Positions 1-10,520 of a stretch of DNA of 64,000 nt are shown here, piece after piece. The stretch's first letter is position 1. Every line of letters begins with the position of its first letter. The notes below the pieces were generated by a model that saw nothing but the letters and a program-made list of their open reading frames with translations, did no database searches and had not been told where the DNA came from. The DNA is from a virus. Taxonomy: Duplodnaviria > Caudoviricetes. The position numbers and the translations under genes are program-made. The stretch lies in IMG/VR virus record IMGVR_UViG_3300044633_001982; one strand, 5' to 3'.

Positions 1-1116
1 AAATGGTAAAGCAATAAAATCATTTGTTATTGACGGTAAATTATTATTATTGTATTCCAAATTTTTCCATACATCATTATATGTACAAGGACTATTAATT
101 GTAATAGGAGGAATTTCAACTTTGTATATCCCTTTAGTAACTAAACAAGTTGATAAATCTTGGAATAAAACCGACCCATTGTTACTAATTATATCAACTA
201 AAGGAGTTGTATCTAAATTTGTGAAATCACCATTAATATAAGAATATAAATATAAATTATTTGTTGTGTTACCATAAAAAGAATTTCTATCATCATCAAT
301 TAAATCATTATAATTAGTTTCTAAATATGGTTCATAAAAAGTTTGAGTATGTCTTGTAAAAAAACCAACAACATAGTTTTCGGTTAAACCTGTTAACGTT
401 TCTAAGTCAGGTAAAAATGCAATTCCCCAACCCGCAACTTCCGCACCATTTAAAATTGCATTTACCTCTGAGGTCATATTGAATTCAATATCTTCATTAC
501 CAAATTCAAAATGTTGGGTATCAACAATTGTTATTGCGGAGTAATTTATACCATTACCTGTAGCTGAGTTAGTATTGTCGTATATACCTGGTGTTCTCCA
601 AGTGGTTGTTGTAGTTAAATTATACCAATTTGATGGTCTTTCTGAAAAAGATTTATCATTAATTTCTTCACTCGGTGTTAAAACTCCTGTTGGGGTATTA
701 GAAGTTTTATTAGTTGGATAAAAGTCGTACCCAACACCTTCATCCCAAGTTACAAAATTGTTATTTTGATTATAAGTTGGGGGTATTCTAAATAATATTA
801 AATCAAAAGAAGTTGCTCTTTTTACCCCTTCGGAATCTTTGGTGTTTAATAACTCTTCATCAAAAGATGAAGTATTTGTCATTCTTAATGTATGAGTTAT
901 TTGACCATTACAGTCAGTTGAAATTACTCCATTATTATATTTTTGTATTAAATCACTTAAATCTAAATTAAAAATAAATCTTGAATAAGATGTATTTGTG
1001 AATGAATCCGAGGTCGGTCCAAAATAAAGTTGGGTAACAGGATTCCTACCTGTGTTAGTATAACTATTATATAATAATGTATTATTCTTGCTAAAATAAG
1101 ATTTATGAACTGACAT
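1..1116 (-). CDS. Hypothetical, probably virion structural, protein; partial, runs off the window start; not in ORF track
   Basis: Hand translation from ATG at 1116: MSVHKSYFSKNNTLLYNSYTNTGRNPVTQLYFG...WDEGVGYDF...QHFEFGNEDIEF. No stop in the stretches I translated (1-60 and 481-1116). TATTTATA motif at 1133-1140 upstream. Confidence 0.75.
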   Translation of the reverse strand, partial: MSVHKSYFSKNNTLLYNSYTNTGRNPVTQLYFGPTSDSFTNTSYSRFIFNLDLSDLIQKYNNGVISTDCNGQITHTLRMTNTSSFDEELLNTKDSEGVKRATSFDLILFRIPPTYNQNNNFVTWDEGVGYDFYPTNKTSNTPTGVLTPSEEINDKSFSERPSNWYNLTTTTTWRTPGIYDNTNSATGNGINYSAITIVDTQHFEFGNEDIEFNMTSEVNAILNGAEVAGWGIAFLPDLETLTGLTENYVVGFFTRHTQTFYEPYLETNYNDLIDDDRNSFYGNTTNNLYLYSYINGDFTNLDTTPLVDIISNNGSVLFQDLSTCLVTKGIYKVEIPPITINSPCTYNDVWKNLEYNNNNLPSITNDFIALPF

Positions 1117-1132
1117 TTATAAATGGTTTATT

Positions 1133-1140
1133 TATAAATA
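1133..1140 (-). promoter_or_regulatory. Putative late promoter TATTTATA
   Basis: Motif 16 nt upstream of the ATG at 1116; same motif precedes most structural genes. Confidence 0.6.
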
Positions 1141-2676
1141 TCAATTAATACGAATATTTTGGTTTAAAACAGTATTTCTAGCATCTGCTAAGGCATCTCT
1201 TAACTTTTGTTTAGTTAATTTTCTAACACCGTATGGACCTTCATCGGGGGCTTCGTTTGGGTTGTGTATATGGTCAGTAACAAAATCAACTATTAAATCT
1301 AATAAATCTAATAATTTTTCTCCCCTAACTGAAGAATTAGTCTTATCAACAAAAGATTCTAAATCTTCAATACCTAATGTATCAATACTTTTTGATAAAT
1401 TTACCTGCTCAGTACCGATTGACTGTAAATGACTTAATAAAAATATTGTGTCGGCACCTATGGTTGTATAAGTTTCATCTATTTTTTCAACTTCTTTTTC
1501 ATAAACTTCTTCTTTTTTGGGTTTTGGTGGTTGTACAAGTAAATTTTTACCATAAACAATTGACGATTCTGAAGATGTAAAATATTTTACAAAATTTTTA
1601 AAATCATTTGAATTTTTACTTATAATCGCATTTGAATTTCTTAACCCATCTGAAATATTTGGACCAAAACAGAAGAAAGATGGATATCTTGGCTCTTTTA
1701 TTTGGTAATTTGGCATTGGTGGTATATTAATCAATCCCAAATCACCAAACGATTTTTCTAAAAATGTATTAATTAATGTGGTTGCAGATATTAATGTCAA
1801 CGAGTTAAAATCGTACTCAAATAATGTGCGACCTATACAGTCTGAAAAATCAGTATCTTGATTAATATTATTAGATAAAGTTTTTTCATTTTCTAATAAT
1901 TCATAAATTTTAATACTACCCGTAAAAGTACCGTTAACTGGAGGATTTGGGTTACTTTCTAAATTATCAACATCGTAAATTATTAATTTTTTAACAGGTA
2001 TAGAATCTGTTTGGTTATATAAAAAAATTGTAGGTTCGGGATTTGTAGTGATTTTTTCTTTAAAATGTGATAAATTTACAAATGCTCTATTAAAATTTCT
2101 TTTTGGGATTTGATTAGGTACAAATTCATAAACTTTACCTGCTCTTAATAATAAACTATCGTCACCTAAAACCATATCTGAGGTACCTCTTCCCATAACC
2201 GCAACTTCTGAATTTTTAGGAAAAACTCCTTCGATGTTTTGGTTAATTAATTTTGGAGACCCGTAATTAAACGGTTTACCCTTTGTATTTGATGATGGAC
2301 CAACTAAAGATTTTGGTTGAGATATATTATCTCCCTGTCCTGTATTTGCTAAAGTTTGTTCATATGTCTCACCTCCAATATTTAAAATGTTTGACGGAGA
2401 AAATTGTATCCAATATTGGTCCTGAAAAGTACTCTCAAATGGATTTGCGTAAAACAATAAAACAGTCTCACCTTCTTGAGGTGCTTGATTAAAAAAAATA
2501 GGTAATAATGAAACAAAAACGTATGGGTCATTATCCGACCATTTTGTAAATGATGTTTTATTTAATGCCGTCTCATCAATTCCTTGCGGGTATGCCCTTA
2601 TTTTAAGAGTACCCGGTTGAGATGCTCCATCAACGTCTAATACCTTACCTAATTTTATTATTTTTTTATTTACCAT
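1141..2676 (-). CDS. Putative baseplate hub/central spike protein (gp5/gpV-like)
   Basis: N-terminal OB-fold-like segment (GKVLDVD...KIRA...LLPIFFNQAPQEGETVLLFY) and C-terminal VTDHIHN His motif resemble spike proteins. Confidence 0.45.
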   Translation of the reverse strand: MVNKKIIKLGKVLDVDGASQPGTLKIRAYPQGIDETALNKTSFTKWSDNDPYVFVSLLPIFFNQAPQEGETVLLFYANPFESTFQDQYWIQFSPSNILNIGGETYEQTLANTGQGDNISQPKSLVGPSSNTKGKPFNYGSPKLINQNIEGVFPKNSEVAVMGRGTSDMVLGDDSLLLRAGKVYEFVPNQIPKRNFNRAFVNLSHFKEKITTNPEPTIFLYNQTDSIPVKKLIIYDVDNLESNPNPPVNGTFTGSIKIYELLENEKTLSNNINQDTDFSDCIGRTLFEYDFNSLTLISATTLINTFLEKSFGDLGLINIPPMPNYQIKEPRYPSFFCFGPNISDGLRNSNAIISKNSNDFKNFVKYFTSSESSIVYGKNLLVQPPKPKKEEVYEKEVEKIDETYTTIGADTIFLLSHLQSIGTEQVNLSKSIDTLGIEDLESFVDKTNSSVRGEKLLDLLDLIVDFVTDHIHNPNEAPDEGPYGVRKLTKQKLRDALADARNTVLNQNIRIN

Positions 2677-2881
2677 TTCTATTTTGATATTCTTCTAAAA
2701 TTCTATTGTATAAAGATTCAACTTCGTCAAAATGAGTTGTCATTTTTAAAATAATTTGTTTTGTAGTTTCAAAATTATCTTTTAAAAAATCCATCGCAGT
2801 TTCTAACTCTTTATTACTCTTATTTTTATAATCTTTGATTATATCTAAAATTTTTTCTGTGCTTTTATCTGTCTGTATCAT
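2666..2881 (-). CDS. Hypothetical small helical protein
   Basis: 71-aa ORF coupled to both neighbours. Confidence 0.6.
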   Translation of the reverse strand: MIQTDKSTEKILDIIKDYKNKSNKELETAMDFLKDNFETTKQIILKMTTHFDEVESLYNRILEEYQNRNGK

Positions 2882-2883
2882 AT

Positions 2884-4845
2884 TTAAAACTTTTTACCGT
2901 ATGCTGAAGATGGGATAGTAGTTCCTCCACCAAATGCCGCTACAGCGAGTGCTGGTATCGCAATCTGTACTTTACCATTTGCGGCCTCTTCTTCCGCCAT
3001 AGATTTCATTTGTGCCAATTTTGCTAATACAAATTTATTTGGAGCACCACTTGGTAAAGAACCTGTGGGTATACCTAATTTTTGTAACTCTTCTAATGTA
3101 TTTAAAAAGGCTCTAGTGTAAGAATACCCGTCTAAAGCTTGAGATGCAAAAAGTAATGGTAATGGTATTGCATTACCTAAACCAGTTGTCGCAATTCTAA
3201 ATAGTTTTAATAGTTCATCTATCACTGATTTACATTGTCGGTAATCAGATATAAAACTTGCTACAACAATTAGTAATTGAACTAATTTAGTTATCATTAT
3301 AATTTTCATAGACGCCTTTTCTTTAGCTAAATCTTTTACAATGACTTGTAGTAATTCAAAAATATCTTTTTTAATTTGTTCAAATAATTCTTTTATAAAA
3401 ATCGAAATAATTTTTGAAATTAAATTAACCACCAATTTTTTAAATTTTTTGAAAAAATCACTAACATTATCAATTAAATAATCAATATTTTCACCAGCCC
3501 CTTGAGTTAGTGATTTAATCATTATCATTAATGGTAATATTACTTTAGGTGATAAAATAGACATCACCAAACCAATTGGTAAATTTTTTAAAAAATCAGT
3601 ATTCAAACTTAATTGGTACGCGGGTAAATTTGCGGATAAATTAACGTATTTATCTTTTTCAAGATTACTTAATATTGAATCTGTTAAATTTTGAACTAAC
3701 TCAAGTTCATCATTTTTAGTTGTACCACTTAAAATTTCTTCTAATCCTTGAAATATTAATTCACTATCAATTGGTAATTGAACATTATCACAATCAGTTA
3801 ATTCAATAATACCGTTTAAAAATTTAGTTCTTTCTTCCTCAATCTGACGTATATTCAAAGAAGTTAACTCAAAAAAATCTTCTTCAATCCCATCCAACTC
3901 TGGTATTTTTGATGAGCCCTGAACGTCAATTTCAGTTGCTGAGTCAAAACACAATCCTAAAATTCTTGTAATAAATTTATTCATTTTAAGACTCGCGTCC
4001 AAAGTATTTGTACCCGCTTGTACTGATAATGCTCCGGTAAGTAAATCTGTTATTTTACCAGCGTATAGATGAGTTTCAACAATATCTATACTTTGATAAT
4101 AATCGACAATAAAACTAGATACTTTGTTTGCAACAGGACCTGAATTGTCTAACATCCTATTTGATAACTCAACTTTGAAAAATTGACCACTGTTACCTTG
4201 TCCGTCAGTTTGAACAAAAGTAATATTAAATAAATCTTGACCTGATGCTCCTTTATATAATAACCCTTGGTTATCTGGTGAACTTTGATAAGACTCGTCA
4301 GGATTTTGAGTTCTTTTAAATAACTCTTTATTTAAACTTTTTTTTGTATCTGATGCGTTAAATGATTTTTTTTCGTAATAAATTTTACCCCTTTTAGTTG
4401 ATGGGTCTATTTGAAGTTGTTTAAAAAAATCAATTGAATTTATATTAATATAAATAGGTTGGTTTGAAATGAACTCTTGTTCTGAATCACAATTAATTGC
4501 ATTTATAATTTCCTGTACAATTAAATTACGAATTTCAGGTTTTTTCTTTTCAATAGTTTGAATAAATTTATTTTTCAAATAATTGATTGTATTTTTACCT
4601 TTACCTTTAGTTAAAGTATTAATATCAAATAACTGTGAAAACTGACTTTTAGTGTCTTGTCTAATTTTTTCAGCATTTTTTTTAAGTTCCTCTAAACCTA
4701 CTTGACCTTTAGATAATAATGATTCTAAATTATCTCCTTGGTTTTTTAAAACTTCTTGTAACGAAGTTTTCGCCTCAGTGTACGATTTAACGGAACTAAT
4801 TTCCGACTTTAAATTTTCATAACTATCATCTAAATCTATTACCAT
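2884..4845 (-). CDS. Hypothetical protein (653 aa)
   Basis: Long ORF in an operon with the putative spike gene; no recognisable motif. Confidence 0.7.
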   Translation of the reverse strand: MVIDLDDSYENLKSEISSVKSYTEAKTSLQEVLKNQGDNLESLLSKGQVGLEELKKNAEKIRQDTKSQFSQLFDINTLTKGKGKNTINYLKNKFIQTIEKKKPEIRNLIVQEIINAINCDSEQEFISNQPIYININSIDFFKQLQIDPSTKRGKIYYEKKSFNASDTKKSLNKELFKRTQNPDESYQSSPDNQGLLYKGASGQDLFNITFVQTDGQGNSGQFFKVELSNRMLDNSGPVANKVSSFIVDYYQSIDIVETHLYAGKITDLLTGALSVQAGTNTLDASLKMNKFITRILGLCFDSATEIDVQGSSKIPELDGIEEDFFELTSLNIRQIEEERTKFLNGIIELTDCDNVQLPIDSELIFQGLEEILSGTTKNDELELVQNLTDSILSNLEKDKYVNLSANLPAYQLSLNTDFLKNLPIGLVMSILSPKVILPLMIMIKSLTQGAGENIDYLIDNVSDFFKKFKKLVVNLISKIISIFIKELFEQIKKDIFELLQVIVKDLAKEKASMKIIMITKLVQLLIVVASFISDYRQCKSVIDELLKLFRIATTGLGNAIPLPLLFASQALDGYSYTRAFLNTLEELQKLGIPTGSLPSGAPNKFVLAKLAQMKSMAEEEAANGKVQIAIPALAVAAFGGGTTIPSSAYGKKF

Positions 4846-5207
4846 TATAATGTTAGATTAATATTTGTGTCAGAGTCAACATCTTTTTCTATTAATCCTT
4901 TTAAAACCTCATCATCAAATTCTAATAAACTAAAAGATTCAGTTTGAGAATTTTTTTCCCAAATATTTGCTTGTAATTTTGAAAGACTTAATTTTTTCTC
5001 GACACACTCGTTAATTATTTTTTGTTGTTTTTCGATAACTGGACCAATTAAAGTCATGTCTTCAGGTTCTTTCATCATAGAAATCATCTTATTTTGAATC
5101 CTGAGAGCTGTTGACCTTTGTTCAACTAACTCATTATAGATTTCCTGCATCAGTGCTTGTAACGATTCTTTAGTGAAATTAATTTCTTTTTTTCTTGGCT
5201 TAGTCAT
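4845..5207 (-). CDS. Hypothetical coiled-coil protein
   Basis: 120-aa ORF preceded by TATTTATT (5211-5218). Confidence 0.7.
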   Translation of the reverse strand: MTKPRKKEINFTKESLQALMQEIYNELVEQRSTALRIQNKMISMMKEPEDMTLIGPVIEKQQKIINECVEKKLSLSKLQANIWEKNSQTESFSLLEFDDEVLKGLIEKDVDSDTNINLTL

Positions 5208-5232
5208 ATTAATAAATATAAAATTAAGAGTT

Positions 5233-5982
5233 TTATGATTCTTGCTCCGTTTTGATTATGTTATCATAAAGTATTTTATATTTTTTCATACTTGTTCTTA
5301 TTTCTTTTGTTGACAGATTTGTCATCTCTCTTAATGATAATAAAATTAAATTTTTGTTAAATTTATTATTATCGGATGTTTGAAAAATTTGTTTATAGTT
5401 TTCCAAAATATCACATAACGCAACCCCAAGTTTGTATTCATTTGTACCCTCGTCAAATTCATTAGATTTTTCTTTAACATTTTGTAACAATTTAATTAAA
5501 ATGTTTTCTTTATCATCTTCCTCATCATCTATATAATATGACATATTTGGGTTATTTTCTAAATCACTTGATATATCTTCATACGAAATTTTTCTATTTT
5601 GTTCTTTTTGGTCTTTTAAAATTTGACCCATTAAATAGTTTTTACAAATAGTTCCAAAATATGAATATGCCTTTTTTTCTTTTGACGGACTAAATTTTTC
5701 AATTTTAGTCATTAAAAAAGAATGAGTGTCGGTATGGATTTCATAAAAATCCATGTCTTTTCGATATAATTTATATCTTCTAATAATGGAAGATATCATT
5801 TTATCTAAAGGATGTCTTAAATAATCATTATATATCTTATTCTTTTCATCAAAAGTAGAAGCAGTTAGGAACATCCTAACTGCTAATTCTTCTCTTTGGT
5901 CAAAATAGTTTTCATTTTCAGATTTACTTTTTTTACCCTTTTGAATGATTATTGTTGTTTGTCCTGAATAATCATTGACCAT
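5233..5982 (-). CDS. T4 gp55-like late-transcription sigma factor
   Basis: KKAYSYFGTICKNYLMGQILKDQKE resembles the gp55/sigma region-2 motif (AY.Y.T..C.N.F...I.KE); size fits. Confidence 0.65.
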   Translation of the reverse strand: MVNDYSGQTTIIIQKGKKSKSENENYFDQREELAVRMFLTASTFDEKNKIYNDYLRHPLDKMISSIIRRYKLYRKDMDFYEIHTDTHSFLMTKIEKFSPSKEKKAYSYFGTICKNYLMGQILKDQKEQNRKISYEDISSDLENNPNMSYYIDDEEDDKENILIKLLQNVKEKSNEFDEGTNEYKLGVALCDILENYKQIFQTSDNNKFNKNLILLSLREMTNLSTKEIRTSMKKYKILYDNIIKTEQES

Positions 5983-6788
5983 TAAACTTCTTGTGGTTCG
6001 TATTTTATTTGTCTGTCATCATTGAAAAAATATTCTTTTTTCGCAGAATTAATCCAAAATTTAACCTCATCTTCAGATAAAACATTGTCACCATTTTTGT
6101 AATTCCAAAAAATACCTCCATGTCTTAAATTAATATGTTTGTAACCTAATTTTGGGATTGTCATAATTTTTGAAGAATTATATGTTAAACGTAAGAATAA
6201 CTCATAAACAAATGTTAATTTTATTGAAGGCTTAAACCCTCCAAAATCAAGAAATGTACTTTTCTTAATCACCATTCCTGATGTTTGGAAATTTTGATAT
6301 GAGTGTAAGGTATCATTAGTTAGATACCCCATTTCTTGACTAAAATTAGATGCAAAAGTTGCCTCATTTGTGAATCCGGCAAACACACCCTTATCGTCAA
6401 CGTCAACTACGATTGGTAAAAAACAATCAACATCGTCATAAATTTCAGAATATTTTTTAACATTTTTAAACCAAATTTTAGAATACTCGTCATCAAACTC
6501 AAGAATTGATACCCATTTTGTTTTAGATTCTTTAATACCTAAATTAACTTGACTACAAAAATTAGGTTCTTCTGTGTACTCAATAAGTCTGATATTTAAA
6601 TCACCAAAGTCAAATGAGTTTAAATATTTAACTAAATTGTCTTCAAGTGTGTGAACTATAATTAGTTCAGATGGTTTAACTTCTTGGTTTTGTACAGATT
6701 GTATTGATTTTTCAAAAAAATCAGTAAAAAAAGATGCGATTGCGGATTTAATTGGTAATACTACCGTTAAGTCAAAATTGTTCTCCAT
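5982..6788 (-). CDS. Glycosyltransferase, GT2/GT-A fold
   Basis: TVVLPI start, SIQSVQNQ...ELIIV, EFDDE acidic motif. Confidence 0.75.
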   Translation of the reverse strand: MENNFDLTVVLPIKSAIASFFTDFFEKSIQSVQNQEVKPSELIIVHTLEDNLVKYLNSFDFGDLNIRLIEYTEEPNFCSQVNLGIKESKTKWVSILEFDDEYSKIWFKNVKKYSEIYDDVDCFLPIVVDVDDKGVFAGFTNEATFASNFSQEMGYLTNDTLHSYQNFQTSGMVIKKSTFLDFGGFKPSIKLTFVYELFLRLTYNSSKIMTIPKLGYKHINLRHGGIFWNYKNGDNVLSEDEVKFWINSAKKEYFFNDDRQIKYEPQEV

Positions 6789-6789
6789 A

Positions 6790-7848
6790 TTATGCTTCTA
6801 CTTTAAATTTATTAATTTGTTGTGAAAAATATTCTTCTCTTGAAGACAAATATTTTTTAAATAAGTCAACTATTGAATTATTGAACTTTTCAGTTGAACT
6901 ATATTTTTCTGCGGTAATAGTACCATTCTCATATAATTTTTCAGATATATTATCTTCTATCCAATTTTGGATAAAGTCAGCTACATAATCAACCAACTTA
7001 TCACTTTCTTTCACCCAAATACCATTATCTTGATTTAACCAATCAGGTACAATGTTAGGTACTATACCAATAACTGGACAATTTGAAGACATAGATTCGA
7101 TAGGATATGTTCCAAAAGAACTTTGAGGGTCTATCCATACTGATAAACAAGATTCTTTTAATGTGTTTGAAAATTCTTCTTCAGACAATGCTCTCATATC
7201 TCTAAACGATACCCATCTAAATTGAGGAAATTTCAAATAAAATTTCTTAATAAAATTAATTCCATCTCTTTGTTCTCTAGAATGTACCGCAACAATTGGT
7301 TTAGAAGGATATTTTGATGGACTAAATTTTTCAGATATAACTGGTTCAATAATATCGTATGACACATTTTTCATTATTGGTGCCACATAATTTTTTAACC
7401 ACTCACTTGTGATAATACATTTAGGAAACCCTAATGATGACCAAGATTGACCAGGCGATAAAGTTTCTGTAATCCAATCAGCCGATTGACATAATACAAT
7501 TTTAGCACATGGTAATTTTGTAATTTGAGGCATAACGTACCCAAAAATTTCAGGTATAATAATAAAATCTTCAGGAGAAATTTCAAGTTGTTGACCCTCA
7601 ACAGATGTGTGTGGAAGTTCCATAAACTCAGGACCTAACCATTCTGACACTCCAATGTAATCATTTTGTTCATGCAAGATAATTGGGTTAAATCCATTAT
7701 TTTTTAAAGTCATTGCCATTCTGTAAGTGTGGGCAACAGACGCTTTAGCATTACCTTTAGTGTCTTGAACAAAAAAATAAATTCTTGCGGTTTTATTTTT
7801 TAAATTTTCAACAGAGGTTTGTAATTTTTGTAAATTTGTTTGTTCCAT
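6790..7848 (-). CDS. Glycosyltransferase, GT-B (GT4-like)
   Basis: IIIPEIF segment; C-terminal SFGTYPIESMSSNCPVIG resembles the GT4 E-x7-E region. Confidence 0.65.
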   Translation of the reverse strand: MEQTNLQKLQTSVENLKNKTARIYFFVQDTKGNAKASVAHTYRMAMTLKNNGFNPIILHEQNDYIGVSEWLGPEFMELPHTSVEGQQLEISPEDFIIIPEIFGYVMPQITKLPCAKIVLCQSADWITETLSPGQSWSSLGFPKCIITSEWLKNYVAPIMKNVSYDIIEPVISEKFSPSKYPSKPIVAVHSREQRDGINFIKKFYLKFPQFRWVSFRDMRALSEEEFSNTLKESCLSVWIDPQSSFGTYPIESMSSNCPVIGIVPNIVPDWLNQDNGIWVKESDKLVDYVADFIQNWIEDNISEKLYENGTITAEKYSSTEKFNNSIVDLFKKYLSSREEYFSQQINKFKVEA

Positions 7849-7860
7849 ATTTGTTTATTA

Positions 7861-8127
7861 TTAATATTTTTTTAATACTCCGATGTTAAGTAGAGTATTC
7901 CATGCAAGTTTATAAGGTAGACTAACTGCGCTTTTAGGACCAAGGGCCTCATCCGCGTCTTCTCTTTCGGTGATTAATACATCAATCATTGTTTTAATCA
8001 TTTCATATTTTACAACAGAAATATGTTGTTCAGTTTTACCCGACTCATCAATAGTCGGAGATAAATTTACTTGTGACTCAATCGTAGTGATGTCCAAGTA
8101 ATAGTGTTCATTAAATAAGGTCAACAT
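7861..8127 (-). CDS. Hypothetical protein
   Basis: 88-aa ORF within the operon. Confidence 0.6.
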   Translation of the reverse strand: MLTLFNEHYYLDITTIESQVNLSPTIDESGKTEQHISVVKYEMIKTMIDVLITEREDADEALGPKSAVSLPYKLAWNTLLNIGVLKKY

Positions 8128-8779
8128 ATTTTATTTTTTCAATTTTTTTAATTAAATCTTTTATTGTGTCAATTTCACAGTTCGCAATTACATCTTTATT
8201 ATATGAAGTTTTAAATTTTATACATTTTTCAGGATATAATTTAATTAATTCAGGGTTTGAAGTAATAATTACATCATAATTAGAAAGTTTTTTTTGTAAA
8301 TTGTTGTTATTATAAAAAATAACAGAATCAATTAAACATCCAAATTTAGATATAAAAAATAAAGATGCGGGTTTAGATTTACCCACGCATTTTGAAAATA
8401 TTGAAAAATCATATTTATTTTTTGTCGATTCAATTATTTCGTTTAAAGACACGAAAGTATCCATTTCAGTTGATGGTGAGTGACCAAAAATTTGCATTAC
8501 AAAATCTTCGTAAATAAAATTATAATAATCTTCTTCACTTGGAAATTTAAAATGATTTTCTAAATCCAAAGAGTTAACTGGTAAAATCATTTCATAAATA
8601 AATGAATCTTGATGTTCGTTAAGAACTGTATTCCCCGATTCATCTAAAGTGTACGTTTTAATTGGTTCCGAGAATTCGTCAGTTTGAGTTTCTAAATAAT
8701 TTTTTTCATATAATTGACTAATTTTTAAAATATTATCTCTTAAAACTCCGTCTAAATCAATACCAATTTTAGTTATCAT
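8111..8779 (-). CDS. HAD-superfamily 5'(3')-nucleotidase-like protein
   Basis: N-terminal IGIDLDGVLRD HAD motif I. Confidence 0.6.
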   Translation of the reverse strand: MITKIGIDLDGVLRDNILKISQLYEKNYLETQTDEFSEPIKTYTLDESGNTVLNEHQDSFIYEMILPVNSLDLENHFKFPSEEDYYNFIYEDFVMQIFGHSPSTEMDTFVSLNEIIESTKNKYDFSIFSKCVGKSKPASLFFISKFGCLIDSVIFYNNNNLQKKLSNYDVIITSNPELIKLYPEKCIKFKTSYNKDVIANCEIDTIKDLIKKIEKIKYVDLI

Positions 8780-9506
8780 ATTTTTTTAAAATTTTAGAAA
8801 TTATTGGGTTACGGACAATATCTTCGTCTCCAAAAACATGGATTGCAATGTCATTAACATCTTTAAATTTATCTAAAGCGTCAAATAACCCCGAATGTTT
8901 CTTATCTTTATATCTATCAGTTTGCTCAATGTCACCTGAAATAAAAAACTTACTATTAAACCCTATACGAGTTAATAATAATTTCATTTGACCTGGAGAA
9001 GAATTTTGAGCCTCCTCAAAAATTAATATAGAATTATCTATATTCATTCCTCTCATATATGCCAATGCAAATACTTCAATTACCTCAATTTGTTTTAATT
9101 TTTCTCTATTTTCTTTACCAATAATTTTATTTAATAAATAAAAAGATGGAAAAATATAAGGGTCCAATTTTTCTTCTAAATTTCCAGGTAACGAACCTAA
9201 TTTTTCCTCAGCTTCAACAGCAGGTCTTACTATGATTATTTTTTCATATGGTGTCTTTGGGTCTTGTAATAAATCAACCGCACATTTCATTGCAATAAAA
9301 CTTTTACCAACACCAGCAGGACCTGAACAAATTGTAATTTGATTGTTAACTAATTTATCATAGTACTCTTCTTGTCCTTGTGACAAAAATTTATTTTTAG
9401 TCTTACCTTTAATGATTTGACTAATTTGTTCTTTCTTACTAATCTTTGATTTTACCTCTGTTTGAAAAGTTTGAGGTTCTTTAGTGGGTGTTTTTTTTCT
9501 AGTCAT
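8769..9506 (-). CDS. phoH: PhoH-family ATPase
   Basis: GPAGVGKS Walker A, RPAVEAEEKLGSLPG, YMRGMNI, EEAQN, GDIEQTD. Confidence 0.95.
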   Translation of the reverse strand: MTRKKTPTKEPQTFQTEVKSKISKKEQISQIIKGKTKNKFLSQGQEEYYDKLVNNQITICSGPAGVGKSFIAMKCAVDLLQDPKTPYEKIIIVRPAVEAEEKLGSLPGNLEEKLDPYIFPSFYLLNKIIGKENREKLKQIEVIEVFALAYMRGMNIDNSILIFEEAQNSSPGQMKLLLTRIGFNSKFFISGDIEQTDRYKDKKHSGLFDALDKFKDVNDIAIHVFGDEDIVRNPIISKILKKYDN

Positions 9507-9521
9507 ATTTTTAATTTTAAA

Positions 9522-10520
9522 TTAATGGTTAACATTACCATCACTGTAATAAACAAACCAATAATTAATCATTTCATCTAACATTGTCTCAAATGTGTAA
9601 TCGTGAGACCATCCTGTTGATTTAATTAATTTAGATGAGTCTCCTTTTAAATCGTGTAGTTCTTCAGGCCTTAAAAATTTTTCGTCTTGTGCCACATATT
9701 CTTTATAGTCTAAACCTAATGATGTGAAAACATAATCACAAAGTTCTCTAACTGAATGTGAGATACCTGTGGCACAAACAAAATCATCAGGTTTGTCTAA
9801 TTGTAAAATTTCCCACATTGCTTTAACATAATCTTTGGCGTGTCCCCAATCTCGTGTTGCATCAAGATTACCCAATTTTAACTCATTAGATAGTCCTAAT
9901 TTAATCTTAACAGCTTCTTTACATACTTTATTGGTAACAAAGTTTGTTCCTCTTCTCGGTGATTCATGATTAAATAAAATTCCGTTTGAAATAAACATTC
10001 CGTAAGAATTTCTATAATTACGACAAATATTATAACTAAATACTTTGGAACAACCGTATGGTGATACAGGATTTAAAGGAGTAGTTTCTCTTTGAAACCC
10101 ATCTGAATCTATAGTGTTACCAAACATCTCAGATGATGACGCTTGATATATTTTGGTATTTGGTTTAATTAATTTAACCGCTTCTAATAAATTTAAAGTA
10201 CCTATACCTGTAACATTAGCGGTGTAAATTGGTTGGTCAAAAGATATTCTTACGTGGGATTGTGCTGCAAGATTGTAAATTTCATCCGGCATTACTTTTT
10301 GGATAATACTAATTAATGATGAAAGGTCAGTCATATCGGCGTAATGTAAAATTATTTTATCATATACGTTTTGTAATCTTGATGTTTGATTTTCGGAAAC
10401 TGAATTACGTTTAAGTGTTCCATGTACCTCATACCCCTTTTCTAATAAAAGTTCAGAAAGATATGACCCATCTTGACCATTAATACCTGTAATTAATGCA
10501 ATTTTTTTATCCATTTTCAT
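9522..10520 (-). CDS. gmd: GDP-mannose 4,6-dehydratase
   Basis: ALITGINGQDGSYL, YNLAAQSHV, QASSSEMFG, SPYGCSK, FNHESPRRG, RDWGHAKDYV. Confidence 0.97.
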   Translation of the reverse strand: MKMDKKIALITGINGQDGSYLSELLLEKGYEVHGTLKRNSVSENQTSRLQNVYDKIILHYADMTDLSSLISIIQKVMPDEIYNLAAQSHVRISFDQPIYTANVTGIGTLNLLEAVKLIKPNTKIYQASSSEMFGNTIDSDGFQRETTPLNPVSPYGCSKVFSYNICRNYRNSYGMFISNGILFNHESPRRGTNFVTNKVCKEAVKIKLGLSNELKLGNLDATRDWGHAKDYVKAMWEILQLDKPDDFVCATGISHSVRELCDYVFTSLGLDYKEYVAQDEKFLRPEELHDLKGDSSKLIKSTGWSHDYTFETMLDEMINYWFVYYSDGNVNH